A stretch of DNA of 64,000 nt from Oopsacas minuta (Eukaryota > Animalia > Porifera). The notes under the pieces are model-generated. The model searched no databases, was not told the DNA's origin, and saw only the letters and a program-made list of their open reading frames with translations. The stretch spans positions 248,001-312,000 of the forward strand of contig JAKMXF010000299.1 of the NCBI GenBank assembly GCA_024704765.1, read 5' to 3'. Shown here piece after piece: positions 1 through 9,802 of the stretch; positions within the stretch are counted from its first letter, which is position 1, and each line of letters begins with the position of its first letter. Position numbers and translations under genes: made by a program.

Positions 1-1748
1 TTAAGGTCCTGAGCGAAATATCTATCTCCTCCTTCTGGTATAGGATCTAGCCAGGACTTGTTGACGTCATGGACTACACTCTCTTGTTCGGATTCTCGTT
101 TAGCTTGACGAATTTCGCGACGTTCTTTCGCAAGAGCACTCTGAGTAACAGCAGCTCTTTGTAGAGATCCGTCTGGATTCTTAATAATCTTTACTGGCGA
201 ATGGATAGTCGTTAAGCGGGTTTGTCCTCTTAAAAATGGTGGTTCATCTTCTACAATTTCTATAAAGAAGAAATCTACAGTCAACTCCTGTTATATCAAA
301 CACGGATATATCGAATTCTGAATTTTACAAATATGGTCCCAAACAGTCAAGTAACATAAATTACGTTGGTTTTATCGAAGTAATTATCGTGGTCCCTTGA
401 GCTTCGATATAACGGGAGCAGGCTATATAATATTTTATATTAATGGTGTATTTACATATATTCCTATATCCTTACCAATATCAATATCCTCTTCAGAATC
501 ATCCTGATTATCAGCTCGTAGTATACCAGTCTCCTCGTTATACCAAGGCAGATCCTCTAACTCCATTACTCCAGCTGCTACAAGTTGTTTCAACTCCCAT
601 TTCTCAGGACTTGTACATCGTACTCTCTGTCTACCTCCTCCACCTGTCCAGGCTCGTTGTGCAGAATTTGGTACCTCATCATCTTCATTATACTCCGGAT
701 TCTGTGTAGCAACAGGTCGTCCTACTTCACCCCCTGACATCAGATATTTATTCTCTCCAATATCTTCCCCAGTCTTCTGACAAGCTTCTTTCATGGATAG
801 CCTTACTTTCTCTCCAATTAAACTCAAAACCTTTACATACACATGATCACCTCTACTCACCACATCATTAGGATCTGTTACTCTAACCGCTAGCATCTGA
901 CTAACGTGTACTAATCCCGTCCAACAGCCTTTCACACCTTTTAAACTGACAAAACAGCCGTATTTCATTACTCCCGTTACAGTACCTTTGTATATATACC
1001 CAGCTATTGGTTCGTTGTCAACTGGACTGGGACTACGTTTACGTCTACTGTGTCTTGTGTCTTTTGAATTATCGCGGTTGCTATCACCTCTATGATGACG
1101 TGTTTTAGGCGATCTACTACGTGATCTCCTGTGGTTTCGTTTTATAGGAGATCTACTACGTGATCTATCTCTATGTCTGTGACGTGATTCTCTCTCGCGC
1201 TTTTTCACACTTTTTTGCTCCTTCGTGTCTAAATCTATACCTTTCTTCCTCAAAGCTTCCAGCTCCATTATAGTTGACTGTACAACTTCGCGGTTATTAT
1301 CACCTTCTTTAGGTTGTAGCAGCTTTTTCGTAGGCACAACATCGTCCTTTATGCACAAAGCTGGAAACTTTAATTTCGTCTCGTTATCAACAATTTGGCG
1401 ATATATCAAATTCGGATCTACTTCTATTTCTTTACCATTTACATCTCTCAATTTGTGTTCAATTTTGGAACTTGTTTTTTCAACTTTTCGTTGTTCAGAT
1501 TTATGTAAGTGACTATGTATTATCCTGTAAATATTCGCGATAAATGGCTCAGTGAATTCTGCGCCATTTTCTGTCAAATCTTTAGTAAACGTATCAATAT
1601 TCGCGTTTTTCTTGGCTATATGTATGATAAACTCAGCTACATCTTTGTCAACAACAAACTCACTCTCATTCCCGAAATGATTTGATAACTCTGTACACAA
1701 TTTATTTACTAAAGATATTCGCTCAAGCTCGCGAAATAATTCTGCCAT
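1..1748 (-). CDS. DHX8: ATP-dependent RNA helicase DHX8/Prp22, 5' part (continues past base 1). Exon 1 1748-476, intron 475-260, exon 2 259-1.
   Basis: N-terminal PWI-like region, RS-rich tract and S1 domain (IYKGTVTGVMKYGCFV...GLVHVSQM). Splicing GTAAG at 475 to TTTATAG at 260 gives the in-frame DHX8 motif DIEIVEDEPPFLRGQT...SPVKIIKNPDGSLQRAA. The first ATG is at 1748; the ORF track start is a TTG. Confidence 0.95.
278..425. mobile_element. MITE family A (Tc1/mariner-like), copy in DHX8 intron
   Basis: TA|CAGTCAACTCCTGTTATATC ... GATATAACGGGAGCAGGCTA|TA imperfect TIRs; the interior resembles 9221-9374. Confidence 0.8.
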
Positions 1749-1790
1749 CAATCATTTATTTGCTAATTATCTAAAATAGATACTAATATA

Positions 1791-1881
1791 CATTCAATTT
1801 CCCGTTAGATGGAAATACCAGCTTATTTATAGAAGTCTGAAAATGTACAAACATGAGCTTCGATAAAACTGGAGTTGACTG
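1791..1881. mobile_element. MITE family A, internally deleted copy
   Basis: TA|CATTCAATTTCCCGTTA ... CTTCGATAAAACTGGAGTTGACTG|TA; shares GAAATACCAGCTTAT with 9241-9255. Confidence 0.7.
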
Positions 1882-2080
1882 TAAGTTGTCTGTAATAGAA
1901 AATTTTCAATTCTAAAATGGATTAATTATGAGATCGAAACGTGAATTTACCCCCATGGGGTTACCCCTAGTAAAATGTAGCATATCCTATTAATCAATTT
2001 AGATATCATTATACTCAATACTAACTATATAGCATCATCTACGACCTAAAATATTGCTACAATTCAAACTAGAATTATCT

Positions 2081-2863
2081 CTAAGGTACGGCAGCAGGCA
2101 TCACTAGCGAGGCAGATTGATGAGTAGGCAGGGAGGGAGGAATTTCCCTCACTCCTTTATTCTCAGAATAAATCTCAGTAATTAGTGCATCATCCTTCGG
2201 TTCTAAGACAGTAACCTGATCAGGTAATGCCTTCTTCTTCAAACCGTCCCGCATTCCTTCGAACTCTTGTGGTTGCATAATCTTAACCTTAATCCCTAAC
2301 ACACCCTGTCTTAACGGTACATGTATAGTAGCCTTATCGACATACTCTTTTACAGGGTTTCCAGCATGTATCATTAGTCCATCAGTAAATTTCATTGATT
2401 TAGCTCTCAGTCCTCTCAGCTTCCCGCTAACTACTACCTCACAACCTTTAGCTCCTGACTCCATTATAAACCTGAGGACTGAATAACATGCTCTTCTTAC
2501 TGCCAGACCACCAATTAGCTTATAACGGATTGATTCACATTGGGCAATAGCACACAGACCACGTGCATCAACTTTATCAGCAAACAGTTCAACTTTACCC
2601 TCACTGAACCCGAAGCGTTTCTGCACCAGTGACGTCAATTCGCGGATTCTCTTGCCTTTCTCACCAACTACAGTCTGTGTTTTTGTAGCTAAGATGATAA
2701 CCTCAGTCTTATTCGGTGTAACACGTACTTCAACGCCAGCATATCCCTCCTCAGCTAATTCTTGCATTAGAAATGAATCGAGCTCTGCCTTGAAAAGACC
2801 ATCTGCTACAAACTTACGTTTCTTACTGATTTGAGTCAGAGTTTCTTCTTCAGCTTCTGTCAT
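2081..2863 (-). CDS. RPS3: 40S ribosomal protein S3 (intronless CDS)
   Basis: [19 protein letters not shown] domain [33 protein letters not shown]. Confidence 0.99.
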   Translation of the reverse strand: MTEAEEETLTQISKKRKFVADGLFKAELDSFLMQELAEEGYAGVEVRVTPNKTEVIILATKTQTVVGEKGKRIRELTSLVQKRFGFSEGKVELFADKVDARGLCAIAQCESIRYKLIGGLAVRRACYSVLRFIMESGAKGCEVVVSGKLRGLRAKSMKFTDGLMIHAGNPVKEYVDKATIHVPLRQGVLGIKVKIMQPQEFEGMRDGLKKKALPDQVTVLEPKDDALITEIYSENKGVREIPPSLPTHQSASLVMPAAVP

Positions 2864-2967
2864 AGCTAATTATTCTATAACAAACAATATGAAATTCTAA
2901 CGAAAGTATTTTAATGAAGTAATTAAATTATAGTAAGAATAATAATGCTCTAAAAATAGCATTTACA

Positions 2968-5900
2968 CTAAGGTTCTGGAATGGCAGAGATGGTTATTAT
3001 GCCTAATCCTGTACCGACTGCGAAAACATTTTGGTAAGGTGCGTTTGGGAACCATCGAACTTGTTTGATCTTTGACTGTGTACACTCAACGTAGCTGTTT
3101 CGCGGCTTTTCACATCTCATAGACTGTCCTCTTTGCTCACCACAATCATGGATAATTTTAGGGTTCCGAATCGATTTTTTGTTAGACTTTGGTTTAGATA
3201 TTTTTTCACTATTTTTCTCTGGGGTTTTCGGATCATTCATTTGGTCTTTCAAATCTTGTAACATTAACTTGTCAGCTTCAAGATTCAATGATTTTATTGT
3301 AGATTCTGTTTGTGGTGGTGGTGGTGGCCCCGTGGGTTTGAAAAAATTACCTCTGTTATCGTGTACTGTACCTCCTTTGCATACGTTATGTTCTATATGA
3401 TAATTTAAAGATTTTTGTATGGCGAATTTCTTGTGACAATTCTCACATTCAGCTTTAAAAATCTTCGGAGTAGTCTGTTGTGAAGCGGGTTTACTTTCTC
3501 CATCCTGCTTCAAAAGACGCTTTATCAATGATTCTTGCATAACATCTGAACTTTTGAACTCTGCATGAGTACAATTAGCGAAACAAGAATAATCAAAATC
3601 CAATACAACTGAAGTTAGTTTTTTGGGGTCAAAAGGATGAATAAGAAGTTCATTCAAATCCTGTTTTGTCTTAAAAGAAATATCAAGAATTTTTTGAGGC
3701 TGCATAATATCCGTGGATTTTCTAGCATGAAAGAAGGAATTCAGGAAAATTAGTTCCCCAGAAAATGAACCAAGTAGCAAAGCACAATCTAACATGCTCC
3801 ATGAAATACTGCATATAGTTGGACATTGTTGATAATTGAGAGCTAGATTAGTGCTATTTTTCGTAAGTACAGACCTATACGTGTGTGAGAATAGATTCCC
3901 ATACCACGAAGATTCAATTTGTTTAGGAAATACTTCCAATCCACAAATTGGCCTCAGATAAGATATTGGCCAGCACATCGCCCAGGTTATACAAACTTGA
4001 AAAGTATTCAAATCAGCTACATGTGTATTTGGTTGTCTTGTGTCCCATATAAGTGCTGAAGTGACGTCATGACTAGCTGTAGCGAATAGGAACACATCCT
4101 GTGGAGACCATGCAACAGAAATAACAGCTGTTTGATGAGCCATAATATGCATAATAGGTGAATAAATCGGTATAGGACCATGTTTATCGCAAAATATTCT
4201 TGCATTCAGATTCCATACACCCACGCACCCATTTTGGAAGCCAGCAACGATAAGGTTATGACCTGGATGTAGAGACCAATCACAGCATAAACATTTGTTT
4301 CGAGGTTTTGATACATCAGCAGCTAATTGTAATATTATATCAAAATGTTCTACTTCGTAAAACTGATTATCAAACCATGGATTATTATCAGTATCTTTCT
4401 TCTGTAAGCTATTAGGTTGTGGAATTGCTATTATTCCCAATTTCCCTGTGTTTAATGCAACAAGCAATAAACCCAGTCGTGGTAAGGAAGTTGGTTCTAT
4501 AGTTATTACGTCATCAAGACATCCTGAAGGGCACCATTGCATAGCCATAACTTTCCCTTGTTTGAGAATAATTCCAAGGTCTAGTGATGCGTTTGTCTCT
4601 AAATGTTTGCTAACACAGATGCCCCAGATTTGTACAACATCAATATCTTGTGATTCAGTCTCTATGACGTCATCTTTTGCTACAAATAGCTGGTCATTAG
4701 TATCAAAATTAGGTTGAGTGGTTATTGATAGATATATATTGTCTGTGAATTGTGATTTGTGTAAAACAGCTGGGACCCAGGCTAGAGAATTGACAGGGCC
4801 TCCTGTGTTTATCAAGAGTTGGTTGGCGTATGGGTAGAGGAGGGAAGATAGAAATTTCAAGGAGTTGGTGTACGTAGATTCGTTAAAATTGCTTGTTATT
4901 TCTAGCTTAGGGAAATTGAGTTGTGCTGGTAGGATTTTTAAAACTTGGCTATAAGGTGTCTGTTTAAAATTTTGGATATTCGGTTGTAAATGGGTGAATA
5001 ACTGCTCATCAGTTAGCAGGTTTGAGAAGTATTCTTGTATCGCATCGATTTCAGCACGAGAACAACGAACTAATGATTTTTTATTCTGCTTTGCCTTCCC
5101 TTTCTTTCTAACAGTTGCTTGAACTTGAATTTTTTTAGGTGTATTTTTCTTACTTGTGCGATCATCTTGAGAAGAACTAGCAGTTAGATATTCCTCATCA
5201 GATTCAATATTTACATATTCTGGCGAACTAATAATCTCATCTTCTATTCTCGTGTTACTCTCTTTCTGATGTTTTTTCGTTTCAGAAATTTCTACAGTCG
5301 GCGATTCACTAAGTTTCCTCTTTCGGCTCACATTCACGATTCCATCTTTTTTGAAATTTTCTGAGATATTTTCAATAGAAATATCATGCTTCTTACACAT
5401 ATCGAGTATAACTGAGAAGCACCCCTTGTTCACACAATCAAAACAACAGTAGTTGGTAGGTAAAGTTTGTTTCTTCTTGAGTCCAATACAAGCAGTATGT
5501 TGCCAAGTTTGACAGAGGTCACATTGTATCATAACACCCTTATCAATCTTTGAGTTACAAATACAGCGAATGGATTCGTCTATTTCCACATTCTGTGAAT
5601 TTGCTTCTTCTGGTGATAAGCGTGATACAGTAGCCTTGCGAATAATTTTAGAACTTTTTCCGCAATTAAGAGTATTTAAGTGATGAGTCTCTAGAGATAA
5701 CTTATCAGCAAAGGCAAGGGAACATCCCCCACACGCGAATGTTGTATCTTTAGTTGTATTTTGTGAGATATCTGTAGTGCTTTTGAGTTTTGTGACGTGT
5801 ACATCATGTATTGTGGATTGTGTGTCGTAAATATTCGATTGTGTTGTGGTATTATCTGTGGAAGATGTAGGACGTTGTATGGTGTCATTAGTTCTTGTGT

Positions 5901-6813
5901 TTGTTATACTGGTTGTTGAAGAATTGGTTTTTGGTGGTGAGCTTATTACTGCGGTTTTTGAAGCTTTTTCATTCCCTAATTTAGACTGAGTTTTACTATC
6001 CGTTGGGTGCTTCGATTTATTCTTTATAGTATCCGAGAAATCGGTGGAAGATTTTCCCTGAGCTTCTTGATGTGATTTTGATTTCCTTCTATGTGGTTTA
6101 TCCGCGGTTTTTGTTTGTTTATTTGAGTTGTCAATAATCTCACCTATATCGCGGTTATTAGAGCCGTTCAAATTGTTACTCACCTTGTCCATATCTTGTT
6201 GAGAATTCGTAATTTCCTCGCTCTCATTTTGAGAACATTTCTCGTATGTTTTGTGATATATAAGAGCTTGTCCATTATCGAACTCCTGACCACAAATCTT
6301 ACAAACATAGACATTCTCACAACTGATTTCAACAATTTTTATACTCTTTTCTTTTTTCGTTTCTTTCTTACCGTCTACTATATTTTGTTCGGGTTCTTGT
6401 GATTTTTCACTTTTCGCATACCTACAAATATGGCAGTGGTAATTATCAGGACTCTGACCATCCTCCAATTTCATACACCTCCCATGCTGCCAAGTACCAC
6501 ATCTCTCACACTGTAACATAAATCCGCTCTCATTTTGCTCGTCACAACAACATACTACATGATCATTATCAACATCAAGCAATGGAACATTTTGTATACA
6601 ACTATTCGTTTCACTATTCACTACTAAAATAGCTGTCCCACAAAAAACACAAACAAACGTGTTCAAATCAGGTAAATCATATTTGTCAAGGCCTAAACAT
6701 TCCGCGTGTAACCATCTCTTACAAACATTACATTCTAACACCAATTCATCTGCTCCATAAACAGCGTCTTTACACACACACTGTATTAATTTCTTCTCAG
6801 TTATCTTTGACAT
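2968..6813 (-). CDS. GTF3C2: TFIIIC subunit 2 (WD40) with three N-terminal PHD fingers and C2HC/C2H2-like zinc fingers; single exon, 1281 aa
   Basis: The C-terminal half follows GTF3C2 motifs in order: TGGPVNSLAWVP, VQIWG, MQWCPSG, LPRLGLL, IVAGFQNGCVGVWNL, AHQTAVISVAW, IWDTRQP. Three Cys4-His-Cys3 PHD patterns lie N-terminal. Confidence 0.85.
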   Translation of the reverse strand: MSKITEKKLIQCVCKDAVYGADELVLECNVCKRWLHAECLGLDKYDLPDLNTFVCVFCGTAILVVNSETNSCIQNVPLLDVDNDHVVCCCDEQNESGFMLQCERCGTWQHGRCMKLEDGQSPDNYHCHICRYAKSEKSQEPEQNIVDGKKETKKEKSIKIVEISCENVYVCKICGQEFDNGQALIYHKTYEKCSQNESEEITNSQQDMDKVSNNLNGSNNRDIGEIIDNSNKQTKTADKPHRRKSKSHQEAQGKSSTDFSDTIKNKSKHPTDSKTQSKLGNEKASKTAVISSPPKTNSSTTSITNTRTNDTIQRPTSSTDNTTTQSNIYDTQSTIHDVHVTKLKSTTDISQNTTKDTTFACGGCSLAFADKLSLETHHLNTLNCGKSSKIIRKATVSRLSPEEANSQNVEIDESIRCICNSKIDKGVMIQCDLCQTWQHTACIGLKKKQTLPTNYCCFDCVNKGCFSVILDMCKKHDISIENISENFKKDGIVNVSRKRKLSESPTVEISETKKHQKESNTRIEDEIISSPEYVNIESDEEYLTASSSQDDRTSKKNTPKKIQVQATVRKKGKAKQNKKSLVRCSRAEIDAIQEYFSNLLTDEQLFTHLQPNIQNFKQTPYSQVLKILPAQLNFPKLEITSNFNESTYTNSLKFLSSLLYPYANQLLINTGGPVNSLAWVPAVLHKSQFTDNIYLSITTQPNFDTNDQLFVAKDDVIETESQDIDVVQIWGICVSKHLETNASLDLGIILKQGKVMAMQWCPSGCLDDVITIEPTSLPRLGLLLVALNTGKLGIIAIPQPNSLQKKDTDNNPWFDNQFYEVEHFDIILQLAADVSKPRNKCLCCDWSLHPGHNLIVAGFQNGCVGVWNLNARIFCDKHGPIPIYSPIMHIMAHQTAVISVAWSPQDVFLFATASHDVTSALIWDTRQPNTHVADLNTFQVCITWAMCWPISYLRPICGLEVFPKQIESSWYGNLFSHTYRSVLTKNSTNLALNYQQCPTICSISWSMLDCALLLGSFSGELIFLNSFFHARKSTDIMQPQKILDISFKTKQDLNELLIHPFDPKKLTSVVLDFDYSCFANCTHAEFKSSDVMQESLIKRLLKQDGESKPASQQTTPKIFKAECENCHKKFAIQKSLNYHIEHNVCKGGTVHDNRGNFFKPTGPPPPPQTESTIKSLNLEADKLMLQDLKDQMNDPKTPEKNSEKISKPKSNKKSIRNPKIIHDCGEQRGQSMRCEKPRNSYVECTQSKIKQVRWFPNAPYQNVFAVGTGLGIITISAIPEP

Positions 6814-7253
6814 TGCTTGAAGTGAACTTGTTACCTGAAAATGTGTATATACAAGTGAATAGAGAATTCAATGAATATTTGTAATGTCTCAAGTTAGAAA
6901 TGATACCAAAAAAGACTATTAATTCGAATAAAAGAAGACTTATGTACTGATGAAGCTTAGGTTGTCTGAGTGTCGAGCAAACTCAACTAGGAATAAGTTG
7001 TAGCTCCAATAACCTTAAATATATTACATAAGACCATGTATAATTGATATGCAGTAAATATGCGTATTTGGTACAGTAGACTCCCGTTATGACCACTAAC
7101 ATATGTTAACCACAATTTATACTTATAAATTGTTATTGAGATACATATTAATTGTGGGAGAGGGAGTGCTAATTATTTAACAGAAAGGAAAAGGATTAAA
7201 TTGCTTTCTATAAATAAATAATCATAATTACCATATATGTAATAAATATACAA

Positions 7254-8342
7254 TTAACTATCTGCTCTATACTTACGGACAAACTCGTATAAGTTTGAAA
7301 ACATAGAATGGATAATGCCAGAGGTAGCGAATACGCCACCAACAATTCCACATAATTGTATTACAAAATGCCAAAACGATTTCTCCCGTTCTCTAATAGT
7401 AACAACAACTGGATCAAATTCATATTTGAATATGATACCAGAATGTGCTTGTCTCTTTCCTGGGGTTATAACTCGATGGAGTTGTGTAACAGAATACTGA
7501 TAAGCTCGAGTAGTAGTGTATCTACTTGTACGAAATATGGTTGGGACAACACGTAAGAAATATTGGAAAATCATTTCCTTCTCTTCTGCTATGACAATTT
7601 CAGTCTCAAGTGGATTAACAACGCTGGATTTATCGCCAAAAGCAAGGGAGTTAATCCGATGAGAAAAGTTATAAGCTTGTTTATCAATAAACGCATTGAG
7701 ATGGCTATGTCCCATTGGATGTGCTATTGCCTTACCAATGAATATGTGGAAATTTCCGCTAACTTTATTCACCGGTATAGAACCGAAAATCCTACAGGAA
7801 TCGAATCCAGTCTCTGGAATTTCGTCATCAGTCAATGGAGGTAAGGGTGATGATGATATTGCTTGGAGTCGAAAAATATCATTTAGTGATGAGTACAAAT
7901 CTTGTCCAGTGTGTCCACGTAATTTTTTTCGCTTTTCAAACCATTTTTCTTGTTTCTTCGACATTTGAAATGAAGCAGGTTGTTCACTTAACACGCTTGA
8001 AGATTTCATTTGTCCGCCGGCGACATCTAGTAGATCTGGGCCTAGAAAATTGCAAGACATAGGAATCACAATATCAACATTGAAAAATACTTTATTTTCA
8101 AAATCTCTATCAAGTGAATATTCGTATCGCAAATCAGAAGTTATGAAAGAAGAGATTTCGAAAAATGTGAGTAAAGAAAGTGTGAGAATAATCGCGATTG
8201 TGATACAACCGCCGCTGCTTGAGTGTTTTTGATAATCTTCTTCAACTTTAGGAAAAGCATCGAATCGTTTAATTATTTCTATAGTGTTCGTTTTTTGTAC
8301 CAAATTAGTACTGTCTGAACCTTTCCTACGTCGAATTTCCAT
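7254..8342 (-). CDS. ERGIC2: ER-Golgi intermediate compartment protein 2
   Basis: FDAFPKVEEDY...SSSGG plus TM; CRIFGSIPVNKVSGNFHI, HPMGHSHL, YNFSHRINSLAFG; second TM LCGIVGGVFAT. Likely start MEIRRR at 8342. Confidence 0.92.
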   Translation of the reverse strand: MEIRRRKGSDSTNLVQKTNTIEIIKRFDAFPKVEEDYQKHSSSGGCITIAIILTLSLLTFFEISSFITSDLRYEYSLDRDFENKVFFNVDIVIPMSCNFLGPDLLDVAGGQMKSSSVLSEQPASFQMSKKQEKWFEKRKKLRGHTGQDLYSSLNDIFRLQAISSSPLPPLTDDEIPETGFDSCRIFGSIPVNKVSGNFHIFIGKAIAHPMGHSHLNAFIDKQAYNFSHRINSLAFGDKSSVVNPLETEIVIAEEKEMIFQYFLRVVPTIFRTSRYTTTRAYQYSVTQLHRVITPGKRQAHSGIIFKYEFDPVVVTIREREKSFWHFVIQLCGIVGGVFATSGIIHSMFSNLYEFVRKYRADS

Positions 8343-8465
8343 TCGGCTAATTACAAAAGAAATATACAATATTTAACATAGCGCATGTATTTGAAATGGT
8401 ACAAGTATTCGTAATGTACTCCCCTACCCCTTTCGAGTTTGATACATACAGGTTTGATTATATAT

Positions 8466-9185
8466 TCATTTTTCGGAATCTAATACAGAGTTTTTTGCAG
8501 TACGCATATCGGATTTAACTTTGAGCTCAGCAAGATGTTCCGTATGAGATCTTGTACGAGCACGTTCTCGAACCTGTTCAAGATATGCTAAATTCTTTTC
8601 TGTTTCTCTTTTCAGAGAAGATGACATTCTATTTTCAAGAGATCTTATCTTCCACGTTTGTATAAAGTACCAGAGAAAAGCGAACCCAGTCATGAATAGT
8701 ATAACTTTGAAATGTTTCAAATTTGTATCACGAGTACTTTGCTTGTTAGTCACAGTTGGAAAATTATTATCTAACCATTTGATAAAGCTTGGGACATCAT
8801 CTGGATGAGGGTATTGAGGATCGGGTTTATGGATAAATGGATCTTTTTGGAAGTTTGGTGTAGAAAATATGTTATCTAATCTAGAATTGTATTCTAGTCG
8901 TGAAGTAGAATTTGAAAGGTGAGTATAAGCATCTTTTATTTCTAAAAATTTCACAGTTGCTTCTTTAGGATTTGTGATATTAAGATCTGGGTGATAGAGT
9001 TTGGATAATTCTAAGAAAGATTTCTTGATTTCTGCTAAAGTTGCGTTTCTTGGCACATTAAGAATTCCATAATAATCTGGTATATTCTTCTTGTCTGGCG
9101 TGGAGTGGAATTGGTATTTCAAAAAAGGTATCTTTTGCAATTTGAAACCAAGAAATATCCTAATTCCCTTCCTCAGAAACAACAT
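8466..9185 (-). CDS. DnaJ/Hsp40 type C protein (DNAJC4/DNAJC30-like), probably mitochondrial membrane
   Basis: Basic/hydrophobic presequence-like N-terminus, J domain DYYGILNV...LYHPDLN with intact HPD, and one TM helix (VILFMTGFAFLWYFI). Confidence 0.85.
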   Translation of the reverse strand: MLFLRKGIRIFLGFKLQKIPFLKYQFHSTPDKKNIPDYYGILNVPRNATLAEIKKSFLELSKLYHPDLNITNPKEATVKFLEIKDAYTHLSNSTSRLEYNSRLDNIFSTPNFQKDPFIHKPDPQYPHPDDVPSFIKWLDNNFPTVTNKQSTRDTNLKHFKVILFMTGFAFLWYFIQTWKIRSLENRMSSSLKRETEKNLAYLEQVRERARTRSHTEHLAELKVKSDMRTAKNSVLDSEK

Positions 9186-9220
9186 CACTTAAACAAATTT
9201 GAATAACTCAAGGTTTGTTA

Positions 9221-9374
9221 CAGTCAACTGCTGTTAACTCGAAATACCAGCTTATATTGAGGTCTGGAATTGTACAAATAAGGCCCCAAACCTTCAAAGT
9301 AACATAAAAATCATTGGTTTCATCAAAGTAATTATTGCGGTCCCTTCAGCTTCGATATAACGGGGAGTTGTCTG
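9221..9374. mobile_element. MITE family A
   Basis: TA|CAGTCAACTGCTGTTAACTCGAA ... TTCGATATAACGGGGAGTTGTCTG|TA. Confidence 0.85.
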
Positions 9375-9802
9375 TAGTTACAAATATCAAATTCATAAGA
9401 GATGTTTAATTAAGTGTTTATAAAACATGCAAAAAGTGTATGCAGAAATAATAAACATAAAATATCTCACAAAAGTGACTCAAGATACGTACATATACAA
9501 GATAAATGGATGAGAAATATGTTCTAAGGTGGGTAGTAGAAAAGTTAGAAAACAGAGTACGAAAAATACTAAAAAGTATAAAATATATACACAAATACCT
9601 TACTAGCTAACAATATAAACAGCATAGTTACACCCAATTCGGTAACTAGGGGAGAGCGGAAGATAAAAAGTACCAAACATTTGACATAAAATTGACGTTT
9701 CACCAGTTTTTGTAGTGTAAAAGGTAGCCAGATTATAAGTGACCACAGATAAGTAATAAGAGAAAGAGTTAATGAAAGGATACGAGTGTAGGAGAAATGT
9801 AT

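Noticed and set aside
1085-1200. Direct repeat GATCTACTACGTGATCT in DHX8
   Set aside because: Encodes the expected RSRSRSP repeats of the RS domain.
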